From Geosiphon pyriformis uo1 (lineage: Eukaryota > Fungi > Glomeromycota), in assembly GCA_016748015.1 (NCBI GenBank), contig JAAOMT010000518.1, forward strand, positions 372,001-436,000: a stretch of DNA of 64,000 bases, in the 5' to 3' direction. Both the position numbers and the translations under genes were made by a program. Position 1 is the first letter of the stretch, and each line of letters begins with the position of its first letter. The notes beneath the pieces were generated by a model. The model saw nothing but the letters and a program-made list of their open reading frames with translations, was not told the origin of the DNA and ran no database searches. This document shows, piece by piece, positions 10,519 to 26,541 of the stretch.

Positions 10519-12870
10519 ATATTTTCAGTTTGACTAAAATATATACTTGTCAATGCTTTAACATAAATTCCTAAAATTACTACCAAAAAATTATTATTAA
10601 ACAAAAGACAAACTAATAAAAAATAACTTTGAATTTTTAACATTTTATATATATGACAAACCAACTTATTATCTATTATTATTGTTATATTTAAATTCAA
10701 ATAGCCAGAATTTAAACTAAACACAAAAACTTTTAAATCAAAAAACTTGTTTTTTATTTAAGACTTAATCTGTTCTTTTAGTTTCATATTAATAATAATA
10801 AAAACCAAATTACCAGAATTTTTATGTTATCTAATAATATTTTTTTATTTAGCCAAATTGTTTATCTTTCTAATATTACATATTGCAAACTTCCAAACAT
10901 AATCAGTTATTAAGATAAAAAATGTACCAAAAAACTTAAGCCAAAGCACAATTGATTTAATTTTGCCAAAACTGAATCAATAAAAATTTTAAAAGCAATT
11001 ATTTTCTATTTCAAGTTACTTATTTTATTAATTAAAACTTTAAAGCTATTTATATTTAAATCTGAAGTCTTAATTTTGCTGTTAAAAAAAAAAAAAAAAC
11101 AATATCTGTAAGTTATCTAAAATCATATTTAAATTCAAACTTAAAATTAATAACACAAAAACAATTAAAAAAAAAATTAAAAAACAAAAACCAAAAACAC
11201 CAAATTTGTATTGTTTAACTTTTATATAATATTAAATACTTGGTTAGCCAAGAATTTTAAAGAATACTTCAAAGAAATCAGACAAGTATTAATAAACAAA
11301 CCATTTTGTAAGACAAAAAGAATCTTATCAAAATACAGAGCACCAAAAAAAAACAATTCAAAACCAAAACCAAAGTAAGTATTATTAAGAACAGAAGCCA
11401 ATAAAATTATTTAGGTTTATAATTTGTTATTAAAAACAGCAGAATATGAGATAAAAACACTTTTTTTAATATATAACTTGGCCAATTAAAAACAATCTAT
11501 ATCTAAAGCAAATTTTTTATCTATTTTCAAAAACAGAAAAGTAAATGCACTTGATTTATTATAATTTAGAACAAAATATTTAAAACATCTACATTTTTTA
11601 CAACAAATTAAACTTAGTCTAATCCAAAAAAGTTTCATATTATCAAAAATTAGTTCTGTATAAAAGATTAATTCTAATTTTTTTTTGATCCAAAACTAAT
11701 TACAACACAATAAACTTTATTGTTAGCTTCAAATAATTAATTAACTATATATGTTTCATATTAACTTTTTCTAATAAAACATTTAAATTATAAGCAGTTG
11801 TTTTTACAAACAGCATAAATAAAAACACTCTAAACTGATTTCTTAATATTTAAATATTATGATTTTTTATAGTTTTGGCAATATGTATTAAATTTTTTCC
11901 AATTAAAAATAACTACTTTGATGTTAACTAATTAGCTTGACTTAATTTGACAAATTTTATTACAATTTTCTGTTATAGCTTAATAAATTATAATTGAATT
12001 GACACTATTTAACCAAATTTAAAGAAAACTATAATAATTATTTTTTTTAGCATATCTATGAAAATTTTTTTAATAATTATAGCTCAATCTGAACAAAATT
12101 TTTGTTTTTTGAGATTATTGTTTACTTTAATGCTTTTTTTTAGTCAATAATACAACTTTTTTTATGTTCTTTTTTGATGTAATATAAATCTGATAATTTT
12201 TTTAAATTTTAAAAAGATAATAATCTTCACAAAACAATTTATTTTTAAATTTTTTTTTTTAATAATCTGTATTTTTGTTATTACTAATTTATGTTTAACT
12301 GCCAATAAATTAATATTTAAAGCAAAAGTTTTTTTAAAAACTATTTTAACTTGAGTTTTCACTATTTTAAAGTTAATTTACTTTTTGTTTAGAAAAATAT
12401 AAAAAAGAAAAAGAAGAGATTTTTTATTTTTATTTATGTTATAATTAATTACATCAATAGAAGAACTATATTTCAAACTAATATTAATTTTCTTAGCTTT
12501 AAAGATTATTATTAATATATTACCAATATTATTATTACTGAATTTACTATTTATATCTAAATATATATTACTTTTAAAATCAGATTTAACCAAAAAGATA
12601 TTTTTATTATTATTAAAGTGCTTAATATTACTTATAAAAACTTTTTTTTTCTAAAAGAAAGAATTTTCAACTGGACCATGAAAAGTTTTCTTAAGCACTT
12701 TTTTCTTAAACATAATGCTATTTGAAACAGTTTCCAAATTTACCATAAAAAAATTATTTGCTTAAAAAAATATTAAGAGTAATATTACAAAAAAAACAAA
12801 ACAAAAACTTCTTTATCAAAAAAATATTCTTTGAAAAATTTGAATGTAAAAAAAAAAGAAGTTTTTATAT
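10519..12870 (-). mobile_element. LINE copy 1, 5' part (5'UTR, ORF1 from ATG ~12746, start of the ORF2 APE domain)
   Basis: ORF1 'MVNLETVSNSIMFKKKVLKKTFHGPV...'. APE start 'WKFAICNIRKINNLAK'. Continues in frame into 1-3019 once the nested LTRs are removed. Confidence 0.8.
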
Positions 12871-14859
12871 TATTATTATTTTATTATTTATAATATAATT
12901 ACAAAAGCCAAAAAAAACCAATTATTTTATTAATATTAAATTTTTTTGCTTTAAAAATATTTGTTTTAAAGTTAAAATAAGTTTAATTTTTATTATCTAT
13001 TTTATAATTACTATTAGCCAACAAATTATTGTTTGTTTTTTTATTTAAGCTAGTTTTTATGTTCAAAAATTTATTAATACTAATCAAAGATTTGGTTAAA
13101 AATATATTTTTTTTATTGTTTAAATGTTTAATATTGTTAATTAAAATCTTTTATTTTTAAGAAAAAATATTATTAATAGAATTATAAATAGGTTTTTTAA
13201 CTGTTTTTTTAATTATATTATTATTTATAATAATTGTTAAGATTATTATAAAAGAGTTTGTTTTTTGAAAAATTGTAAAAAAAATAATAAAAAAAAACAA
13301 TAAATTTAAAATATATGAAAAAAAAAAGTTAAAATTTTAATCAATTGTATATAATATTAATAAAAAGTATTAAAACTTTATTAATAATATTTTTAAATAT
13401 TGTAATTATAATTATAATTAAATTAAATTCTTTTATAAAAAATTTTTATAAAAAATTATAACCAATTTAAATTATTTATAATAATAAAAATTTTAAAAAA
13501 TAAAAACAACAACAACAACAATAATAGTAATATATTTGCTTTAAAAATTTTTTAAGTTTAAGTTTAAAAATGTATATATTGTAATTTGTAATTAAATTAT
13601 ACTTAATAAACAGATTAAATAAAATAATTAACAAAATAAAAATTATTGTAAAATTATTTTAATATTTTTATTAAAGATTAATAAAATGTGTTTTTTACAA
13701 ATTTAAAGTATTAAAATAAATTTACATATTTAAAACTTTTAGTCAATGTAACGAAATTCAAAAAGCCAAAAAATCCAAAGTATATAACTGTTAAATATAT
13801 AAAAATGTAATATATTGGAATTTGCAAAAAATAATATAAAAATGCTTAGTATTATTTATTTATTATAATATGAAGAATACCAATAAACTGAAAAATCAAT
13901 TAATAATAAAGAGAATCATTTTTTTGAATATTATTTGGCTTATTTCGTCAATCTTGGATATATTCTATAAAAACCACTAAAATATTCATACATTTTACTG
14001 GTCGATTCAGATTTTCTAATGGTATGAGCTTGACACAAAGATATTTTGTAATTCCAAGAAGAGCCCTTTAAAATAAAAAAGCTCAGAACCTAAAGCCTTT
14101 TTATTATTAACCTAACACAAATTATAAAATTCATCTAAGGTGGTAGTGATAAATAATAATAGCAAAATGACCATTGGACTCTGCTTGAATTTGTCAAAAA
14201 ACTAGCAATTGTTTTGTTTGAATTTTGAAATTTCTCAGCTCCAACGTAATAATAATGTTCGTAAAATAAAAATAAAAGCATATAATGATATTGTCCATGT
14301 TGGAATTTTTGCCGTGCCCAGAGAAAATTTCAAAGGTTTAAAAATTGGGTGTATCAAGGAGGCCGAATAAAGAAAATTAAAATAAACGCCCCTGTAAAGA
14401 TGACATGTGTCGTTAAATGGATAGGGAGATAAGATCTGTATATGTTGGTGTGTGGAGCACCTGTCCCCAAAATCTTGGCGATCTCTTTATTTGAACAAAT
14501 AATAAACATTAAAAATTAAAAGGCGTCTGTCCTTAAAAAGAAAAGGTCTAAAATATACAGGGCCTACCAGGGCTTACTTTTTGTTATCAAAACAATTTTG
14601 GGGATTAAGGTTGTGCATATTTATAGGAATGAAAATAAGAAATAATTCCGATAATTGTTGTTAATTTTATAATGACTTTAAAAATGATATCGGGGGCGGG
14701 TAAAGGGCCGAATGGAGGATGGTAAAAAAGTAGAAATTTACTGGCGAATAAAAACCGGGGAACAAAGAACCAATTTATCCGCTATAATGTGAAAAAGATT
14801 GAAAAATAGGGAACCATATTCTATGCTGTAAATAGTGATTTTCCCATTTTGATTTTTCC

Positions 14860-17026
14860 TCATTTCTTCTCAGAATTCTTTTATATGAAAAATTTGATAT
14901 GAATTATTTTGTGCGAAAAAAATTATGAAAAGATTGATCTTTGAATAAAATTAACACTTACCATAGCAGTTTTAACTTTTTCAAATTCTTTTAGCATTTT
15001 ACGACGTGCTCCGAGAGCTGCAACCCCTTTTTGTTCAAGAGCGGTATCATCCAATTCAATTATATCTTGCCACTTCATCCCCTCAAATACTGAAGTATAT
15101 TTGTGCAAACGAAGGCTACGTAGCCATTGAGGAATATCTAAAAAGGTAATCAAGAGGTATCAATCAATCAAATAATTCATATTTCGTAATCATATAATCA
15201 GATATTTTAGCTTCAAAAATTCGAAATGATGGTAACCTGCTAAAAGATTGAAATCAACAGTGTCATCATTTTGTTTCTTTTTATTTTTACCGAGACCTTT
15301 CGCATTGCTGGCATTATGTGAGGCATCACTATGATCACTTAGATAACCAATTTCACCCCCGTTATCATCAACATAATGTATTCCAACACCTGGAGGTTGT
15401 AAATGAGTTGATTTTCCACCAACTGCTGCGTTCCATGGATGAATTTGATATAAAACACCAGAAGGATTTGTACTTGGAGATGCAGGGCGAGATCCTTGCC
15501 TAGATCCAAGTGTTTTTGGACTTGGCAATGGAGATTGTTGTGGAGATCGAGAGTTCCCATCTGGGTCATACATTGAAAGGACAATGTTTGCTTGGTTTGC
15601 ATATTTTTCTTCGTGAACGGTAGCAGGAACACCGGATTGTCCCTTTCCATGATTTCTACGAAATTTCTTTACGTCACTCTCAAGAACAACACGGTTTCCA
15701 GAACTATTACTAATACTCCAATTGGTCAATTTTTTTGTAACGATATCAGCTTCAGCGGCAGCTTTTGCAGCTTTATTTTCAGCAAACATTGGTACTACAG
15801 GTGTTGAAACCATACTAGCCCAACTTCCACCAACCAACGGGGATAATTCACCATCAAATGCTACAGTTCCAGGACGTGGTGATCGTATAGGAAAATTAGC
15901 AGTTGTCCATGGAAGAGTACTAAGATCCGCTGATTTTGGACGCCCGTTACTAGTTCTATCTTTATTATTGACACCACTATTGGCTGTACCTGGAGCCCAG
16001 ACAGGTTGATCACTTTCTGATACCATAGATTTTGGTCTTGAAGAATATAACGCCGCAGTTCTATTGCCTGTATTGGCTTGAAGTCTAGCTCTTTGCTGGG
16101 CCAAAGCAGCAGCAGGATCCGAATAAATTGCAGCTTCAGGTGATAAAAATTCTATACCAGAATGACGATCATACAATCGACGTGGATATGAGGGACTTGT
16201 TGGCGACTTGAGAGCCATCCCGGCGAGTTTAGCCTCGACCTCAGCCTTAGCCATAGCTCCCGCCAATTGAGCTTGCATCATATCTAATAATGAAGAAATA
16301 AATTTATTGAAAGAAGTGGAGTATCAGAAGGAATTGAATTTAATCAAATAGACTCTAATGGATAGAAATAAGAAACACTTTACCTTTTTCTGGATTTGCC
16401 GGAGACAATAAAGCCCCCATTGGATCGTTTCTAGCCATTTGTTGTAAGACGGTAATAAAAAATCTAATTTGCACTTGGGTCGAATGTTGTAACAAGCTGT
16501 ATAAGGCAGCAGTTCGTTCAGCCTCTGATAATACACGGAACCATTGTTCAAGCGCACCAAGTTCTTCTTTGAAGTTTTGGTCTAAACTGGCAGTCGCCAT
16601 TTCTTCGAGGGTTTGTTCGTAGTGTTGTAAGTCTTCGAACCACTTATCAATTGCTTCGGCTATAACCAACAAACGTTAGGAGGAAAATGTTGAGTTTTGA
16701 AACCAAGATAAAAATGACGAGGATTGTGACCCGTGACGAGATTCAAGATCTTGCATTCTCAAAAGGGAACTGCGACAACCGTGTGAATATTCAGATATTT
16801 TCCCTAAAAGTAAGCGGACTTCTTATCGGAAGATTTTCTTACCTTCGGGTGAGTGATAAGAAGTGTTTGCGGAAAATATTTCAGAAGTTGGACGTGAAGA
16901 ACCTCTATGGTTTTGCGGTTGTTGTTGTCCTAAGTGGGATAGGTCAATTGATTGACGATATTGTGGGTTTGATCCAGATTTTGCCTGAAGATTAAATTGC
17001 TCTGATACAGGACGTTGAGAGGTCAT
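14860..17026 (-). CDS. VTS1: Smaug/Vts1-family SAM-domain RNA-binding protein (exons ~17026-16843, 16659-16384, 16283-15237, 15137-14962, tentative 14877-14860)
   Basis: N-terminal '[33 protein letters not shown]' region and SAM domain '[14 protein letters not shown]...[16 protein letters not shown]'. GT-AG junctions keep the frame. The last exon is uncertain. Confidence 0.9.
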
Positions 17027-17230
17027 GATGAGTAAGGTTAATGGAAGAAAAGGGAAGGCAAAAAGGAATTGGGAAGGTAAAAATGATATGAATAGTCCAA
17101 ACTTGAGTTGATGATGAATGAAAGAGTTGGTATGTTAGGGGATAAGGAAGAAAGTAGTGCGCTTTCTATAAAGGTTATTAACTAGCGATATACAAGTTCA
17201 ATAACAAATTAGGCTACTACTACTGCTTTC

Positions 17231-17320
17231 CTGCTGCTGCTGCTGCTGCTGCTCGTTTCTTTACTAGTATCAGAGAGAGAGAGGGTGAGAGAGAGAAGGA
17301 GAAGGAGAGGGAGAGGGAGA
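17231..17320. repeat. (CTG)n and GA-rich microsatellites upstream of VTS1
   Basis: CTGCTG run at 17231-17252; GAGAGA/GGAGA tract at 17272-17320. Confidence 0.8.
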
Positions 17321-18174
17321 GTACTTTTGTGTACCTTGGTATTTGTCGGTCGGTTAAGATAGACGACGATAATGATAATGATAATAATACTTGTTTCTGT
17401 TTTGCACCGCTTGTCGCTTTATGTACTATTGGGGAAGTCACGAGTAGTTTTTCAAAGTCTTTGGCTACACAAATTTCCTTTCACGTATAATTGAATTATT
17501 TCCTTCGATATAGAAAAGTCAAGAGCATTTGTTAACTCTTCCTTGGATTCTTTGATGATAAATCAAAATATTATTTTAAGATCTATCTCTTTTTTGAACT
17601 TCACGTTTTCAGATCTTGGAAATAATGTTTGTAAAGTCGCGAGGAAACCTTGGTTTTTGATTTCAATGCAAATTATGCCCGCAGAAAGCATACTATATAG
17701 TCTATTTTTAAATTTTGCATGAATTTTATCGATTTTATTGTTTCAAATTTTGAGAAATTCTATTTATAGGTGATATCTTTGTTCATATAAAAAATACTGT
17801 GCCAGTTAAATTTATTTTATTACGTAACGATTGGCCGTTCAGAAAAAAGCTTTTAAATATATTTTAGGTACTAATTCTAGCACTTTATGAAACGTTGCAT
17901 TATAACCAATTTTTTCATTTATTGTTTTAAGAAAATTTTAGAAAATAAAATTGTTCATTCAATAATAATAATAAGAGATATATAATAAAATCAAGTTTAA
18001 CATTTTAAATAACTTTTTTTTTTTGAATTAATTTTTAATTTTAATAATTATTATTTTAATGAATAATGAAAAATTATTTTTATAATAAAATAATTCAAAA
18101 TTTGTATAAAAACTTTTATTTATATCATGTATCACATGTGAATTTGATTTTCCACGCCAAACTTCATACTCGAG

Positions 18175-20883
18175 ATGAATTTTCACTTCCTCAAGAACCC
18201 TACAAGAATTTACTTCAAATTAGCACGCAAACCAACACCAATTCTAACCAATACACTTTTTGAGTCGAACCTGAACTTTTTTAATTCTTTAAATTTTTCC
18301 TTTATTCACAAAAGGTGCTTTAATGAAATTGCTTTTGGTGCCTTGAAGAAACGACCGATACCTCCAGACATGTCGATTTATCCTCTAAGGCCTCCTATAG
18401 TCACAATAATGGGTCATGTTGACCACGGAAAAACAACTTTGCTAGATGCATTAAGAAAGTCCTCAGTTGCAGCAGGTGAAGCGGGTGGGATTACCCAGCA
18501 TATAGGTGCTTTCTCTGGTAAGAATATGGTTTAATACAGCAAATTGTTTTTAGATTTTCTTCTATTGTCAAAGATTTATTTTACTAAGAAACCGTGATAC
18601 TTTCTTTGACATTTAGTGACCTTGCCTTCTAAGCAGACCATTACCTTTCTCGATACTCCTGGTCACGCCGCTTTCTCTGCAATGCGTGCTCGTGGCGCCC
18701 ATGTAACCGATATCGTGGTTTTGGTAGTTGCAGCTGACGACGGTGTTATGCCACAAACAATCGAAGCTATTAATCATGCAAAAAACGCTGGAGGTAAAAA
18801 AAATTAGTTTCCCATCCTCTGAACTCTTAATTGTCCTTTGTCATATTCTGTCGCGGGTTTTTTATATCACATTCAGAACCAAAAACTTAATTATGGCTTT
18901 TATACTCCATATTTTACGTTGTTCACATATCATGGAATACCGCGAGATCATTTACAGTACCCATAGTGGTGGCTATCAATAAAATTGACAAGCATAATGC
19001 AAATACGGTAAATTTCTCTCCTGAGTTTTTAGTAAATCTAAAATACCTGGATAATTATTTAGAGTGATACTTTTTTGATATTATAATTTTGCAGGCTAAA
19101 GTCCGTGAATCTCTTTTGGCACATGGTATAGATTTAGAGGAATTTGGGGGCGAAACACAAGCAGTTGAAGTATCAGGTTTGACGGTGAGCTAATAAATGT
19201 AGTTACTCCAATTTTTTCACAAAACACTTTGACCAAGAATTTGGCTTTTCATAATTCTTAAGGGTTATGGACTCGATTCATTAGAGGAATCCATTATAGT
19301 GCTTGCAGAAATCATGGATCTGCGTGCTGAAATAGATATACCCTCAGAGGGGGTGGTCATAGAATCTCAGATAGAAAGGGGAAGGGGGTCAGTACTCTTT
19401 TTAAGATTTTGAAAGTTATTTCTTTTCTTTACCGTAATATATACTCTTTCCAATGGATTCTAGTGATGTTGCGACTATCCTTATAAAACGTGGAACATTA
19501 AAATTAGGAAGCGTTGTTGTTGGTGGAACGGCTTGGTGTAGAGTTCGTTCAATGATTGACGATAAAGGCCGCACCTTACAAAAAGCTTCACCTGGTACTC
19601 CAGTTCGAGTGATAGGCTGGAAAGATTTGCCACAAGCTGGCGACGAAGTAATTGAGGCTCCTGACGAAGTATTTATACTATGTCTCAAACGAGCATAAAA
19701 AAGACCAACTTAAAGGATTATTGAAAATATTTTATCATCATTTCAGGACTCAGCTAAATCTGAAGTAGAATATCGGCTTCTACTGAAAGAACAACAAAAA
19801 CTGGCTATAGATTCGGATGTTATCAATCAAAAACGCAAGATTCGCCAAACCGAAGTTGAACAAGAGAAATCAAAAATAAAGGACTTTAGAAGAGAAGTAT
19901 GGCTGTTCCATCAGGGGATGCGTGCAGAGTATCCTGTTCGCGAATCTATTAGGAAACCAGAATCCTTTATAGAAAATCATGAAAAGGAGTTAAGAGCCGT
20001 TGTCAAAGGTTCGCACATAAAACCCTCTAGTGCGTAAGGAGTATCGACTCATATATATATATACATATATATATTTAAGATTCTCTTATTCAGCTGATGT
20101 AAGTGGCACCATCGAAGCCGTTGTTGATGCCCTAAATAGTATAGGCAATTCAGAGGTCCATTTTAATGTGGTTCAACATGGTGTTGGAAATATTACAGAG
20201 TCGGATGTCCAAATGGCGTCTACAAGTAAAGGTAGGTATATAAGATTTGCATAATCAAATCCAAAAGGTTTGTATTTTAATCAACCCAAGAATGTCCACA
20301 CCAATGGTTTCTTCAACTTTTAATACCTCTTTTCTTTTGGATCTCTAGGTATCGTCCTCGGGTTTAATGTCAAGGCCGACAGAAAAGTTCAAAATGTGGC
20401 CAAGCAAGAGAAGGTGGAAATAGTGATACATAATGTTATTTATAAGCTTCTTGACGAAGTGAAAATTCGGATGAGTGAATTATTGCCACCAATTCTGCAA
20501 ACCCACGTCACGGGAGAAGCAACCATCTTGCAAATTTTCCAGCTAAATGTAAAGGGAAGAGAAACAAAACCTGTTGCTGGATGTCGAGTGATTAACGGAA
20601 AAGTATTGAAAAACCAAAAGGTCAAAATATTTAGAAAAGACCAAGAAATCTGGGAAGGCATGTCATTAAAGCTCTTTGAATATTTAAGTTGGTTAATAAC
20701 CATTTTTAACCCTTCTCATTTTTTTCGCTAGGGTCGATCGACTCATTTAAACAAGTTAAAAAAGATATCACTGAGGCGACTAAAGGAGTAGAATGTGGCA
20801 TCTCTTTTGATGGATTTATCGAATTCAAAGAAGGTGATCTCTTGAAAAGTTTCATCATTAAAGAAATTCCTCAAACTTTATGA
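18175..20883 (+). CDS. IFM1: Mitochondrial translation initiation factor IF-2 (multi-exon)
   Basis: G1 [19 protein letters not shown]3 DTPGH, G4 [14 protein letters not shown], and C-terminal '[20 protein letters not shown]'. Basic N-terminus consistent with a presequence. Confidence 0.92.
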
Positions 20884-22263
20884 GGCATAAATGAAATGGA
20901 CAGCTGGATCAATTTTGGTCTTATTTTATTAGAAGGTAAGATATCACAGAAAAAGATAAATGTAAGATCTAATATCATTTTTGATATTCGACAATTAAGA
21001 CCTCAAACGTAATAATACTGTGTCTTTGTTCATGACAATAAATCGAAAGTTTTGCAGCAAGGTGAGATATCTTTTTCAAAGCGAGAACGATAGCTTGGCA
21101 ATTTTTGTGATCAATGTTCATTTAAGGAAGCTACTTTTATATGGTGTAGCGCCAAAAATTGAAGGTGACGATTCTTGATGCTTGTTAATGTCCACAAGTG
21201 GATTTATTTGTAAACAAATGTGTAGGTGATCCTCTATTTTCGAAAGATTTGACTAGTCAATCAGCAACAAAATGAGATAACTTTTGGTGCCAATCATCTC
21301 TAAAAATTCGCAATGTTCTCTTGATCTTCAAATTCAGAAAACAATGTTTTATTAATTGAAATTGTTAAATGCTCCAAATAAGCAATTTAGTTTGTGATAC
21401 TAGTGATAAAATTCGTAAATTTATCAGGCTCTTTAAATGCAGTCTTGAATAAATTTTGGCTTCTGATAAGTTTTTATATCAGTCACTATGAACATGTAAC
21501 CGGAAGCTAAGTTCATTCACAATTATTGATCCTTTGGACTTAGAGATTGCAATTTATAACTTGATCTGGTGATTAAGATATTGTTGAACCCAGGAAGCTT
21601 TTCATCACAAATATACGGTTTTTGGAGGCTGCAAGGCATCGACGAAATCAGAAAAAAATTTTACTTTCCCACACATGTATAAAATATTATATACATTTAG
21701 ATTGTTATCAATTAAATAACGCATCGATAATGGGCTCAGGCTCCCTGTGCTTAATCCACGGGATAACTCTACTCCCTTCAGTCTTCATAAGCAACTCCAG
21801 GGTCCAAAGCTGCAAAAAAAACAGTCTAAGAGTCGACGGAAAAAAAAACTGCACACATTTATGCAAATCCCTCCTTGAATTCAGTTCTACATGCCCAGAT
21901 GAATACAAAAATTGAAAACCCAAGGAGCAAAGATAAGAGTTCCATTACAGTTATACACTAACTCTTGTCCATATCGTTCCAAAGATATCCAGCAATAGCT
22001 TATCTCTCAAATCTCATCATCGCGCTCTTCATCAACTGTTCGGCCACTCCTTTCTCTAGTGTCTTGTATAGTTAATTTTAAAGAAAATAATCAAGTTGGA
22101 AAAGAAAGATAAAACATGAAAAAATATATATAGAGTAGACAAATCGTGGCGGTCCAAACAAGTGAAGTGGTAATTGCTCCGAGGAGCCACGTTATAGATT
22201 GAAAATCCAGAAAACAGGTCCTAGCCAGAAAGCCATTTTTGGATAATTGTCCAATTTCACTAA

Positions 22264-23882
<1,619 letters not shown>

Positions 23883-24185
23883 TATATGTTTTGCTTGCCC
23901 TTGGATGTTACGCGCAAGAGCCGGAGGAAGGCGAAAAAGAGGTAAAAGAGAGGGACGGAGAACGTAAGAGAAACGTTTGGACTCGAGAGGTTCGGAGACG
24001 ATGGATAAAAGGCTGGCTAGGATTGGATGAATAAGCAAAAGGAAATTATGGCTGGTGTTTTTGTCAGTAAAGTGACTCGAGGGAGCCTGGAGGGATTAGG
24101 CGTGTAGGTCGAATTACCTAAAAAGAACAATTACGCTACTTAGTACCACTCAACGGAGGACAAGCATGCCCCTCGCAAGGTTTCA

Positions 24186-24187
<2 letters not shown>

Positions 24188-24226
<39 letters not shown>
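24188..24226. repeat. (TAA)n microsatellite
   Basis: About 12 consecutive TAA units. Confidence 0.9.
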
Positions 24227-26541
24227 GTAATGAATAGAAAGATTACTCAGTTATCAAACTAACTGTGGCAATTTCAAAAAAGCGTACAATCCTCACGGTA
24301 ACATAGTCGGGCATTTTATCAGTCATTTAGACTAAAGAAATCATAAATTCAAAAATTCAAAAATAAACATGGTTTGGGGCTCGATTTACTAATGGCATGT
24401 TTGTATCTTTTAATTGTCCCTTCACATTAGTGAAAACAAGCCGCAGGTCTTGTCAGTTTTGCTCTTTTTACCTGCGCGCGATCGATCTTAACATCATCAC
24501 TAACAGTTAAGACCCATTGCCTTTCTTTTCACCCGTGACATGGGCATTTTCGTCTTCCACCCGCAATTTTAACGTGTTTCCCCCATCCCTCGACCTGCTT
24601 TATCCTGTTCGAAATGGTTTTACGATGGCCTAGCTCCTTTACCAAAAAGCATTGTGTCAAGCCATTGTTTTTTTTGGCTCGTTTTGCCTTTTTCAGCACC
24701 CTATTTAAATAATGGTTTATTTTGCTCAAAAAATGAATTATAACATCGTAATTCAAAGTACTTTGACTTAACCGATTATAACAGATGGGGTTGCAGTATT
24801 TGGCTGCAAGAATTGACAACACCAGAAACACTTTCAAAAAACTGTTGCAAAGCAACCAAGCAAGCGAAAAGTCGTCAAATGGCCAGAAATAAAACAATTA
24901 TTCGAAGAAAAGAATATTAACTCTGATGCATCCATATAGAAACCGTACAGTGCAGACGGTAAAGGTAACATCAAGAAGCTTGCATCAATTAGCACTCCCA
25001 GGGTTTTATCCGCAGCACATGTTTCAACCTATCACATATGAAGTAGCCATGAAACCAAGTCAAGTAGCATCCACTCCTCCCGTCGCCGCGATGGAATGAT
25101 GGTGATGATCGTGATAGCGCCGGTGGTTGTGGGGAGGAAGACGATGGGGAAGATGACAACACTTGAGAAAATGACGGGTGTAAATGACAGTAACAAAGAA
25201 GGGAAAATCCTTTCTTCCTGATTCATTACGAATGAAACATTGATTATAAGTCGACACCATTAGATAAGATCTCTTATTATAAATATTTGTTTCAGCAAGC
25301 TCTAAGCAAACCAAGGCGTTTAAGGCTGTTTTCAGGGCTCTTTGTGATCTTTGATATAACATTTAGTGTTTCTCCAAATTTTTTAATTGGCCCCGTATGG
25401 TGATATTACTAGCTGGAAGATGCACTCTTGTCGATCCTTCTTTAAGCATGGCAACGAAAATCCTTTGGAGTATTTGTCTAGGCTTTGAGTCCTATAGAGT
25501 GATAACAGTAAAGAGAGCATTTTTGGAGTTTTAAAATTTTCAACCAGTTACAATTCAAGGCAAAAAGTTGCAGCTCTTAATAATAAAAAATGGTTGCAAC
25601 CCAGTTATGATGGCATCTTTAATCAATTGAAACCCGATACTTTCTCTTTATTACGGAGATTATTAGAAATAAAAGTGTGGTACCAAATCCTTAACTATTT
25701 TGCTTAATAACTTAAATACCTTTCAATTACTCAATCTCATTTCAAATCCAGCAGTCTCAAATATCCGGATAGCGAAGTGGGAATTCTTTACTTGAATATT
25801 TTTAGTTCAGATAGGCGATGTTCGGAAGGTAATAAAAGTTTTTAATGTTATCACGAAAATGTGAGCATTAGTCATAAAACAGAATCTTATTAAAAGCAAA
25901 AAAACTAGACTAATAAATGGCTTTGCTGAATGGAAAAAAAGCAAGGTAGACTATGATTATGGTTGTGATTGTTCAAGTTCTTAATAAATAGTCAAATTGT
26001 TTTTGCTGTTCGAATCAATGCCCTTTTTTGGAAATCATTTCCAAATTATAACAACTTAGAATTTTTAGAATAAATATTAAAGTTTGTTTTACTGTTTAAT
26101 ATTTGAATTAATTTTGATTTTTATAACAGTTATTTAGTCTGAATTTAATAATATAAATTTAATTAAAAATGATTGTTGTTAAAACGATTTTTTTTAATTT
26201 ATTATATTAATTATTAAGTTAATTGTTTTACTTATTTATTACTTTATACCTTAATTTGTAATATTTTTATTCTTTTAAAATACAATAATTATAATAATTG
26301 AAACAAATAAGTTTTTAATCTATTTAGTTTTGAATCATCTAATAAAAACTTGATAATAAACTAGAAGTCTCTTAAAATGCATATGCAAAAGCTGGAACTC
26401 CCAAATTTTTAATATTTACAAGTGTTTAAAATTGTTTAGAAATAAATCGTCTTATAACTTAAATAAAAAAATTACTGGAAAATACAGTCCATCATTCAAC
26501 CTTCAAACATTTAATACCGTTGCCCATATTTAAATATACTG

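Noticed and set aside
14560-14575. Smaug recognition element (GCC-CTGGTA-GGC) downstream of VTS1, suggesting autoregulation
   Set aside because: Only a 3-bp stem, expected by chance, and the UTR extent is unknown.
15318-16009. Overlapping or antisense ORFs within VTS1 (likewise those within IF2, PP1, the 5-phosphatase and the His-rich exon)
   Set aside because: Shadow ORFs of real coding exons or of trinucleotide repeats.
24529-25362. Short ORFs (24529-24897, 25032-25226, 25060-25362) between PP1 and the K+ channel
   Set aside because: No recognisable motifs or consistent exon structure; a ncRNA or small gene cannot be excluded but is unsupported.
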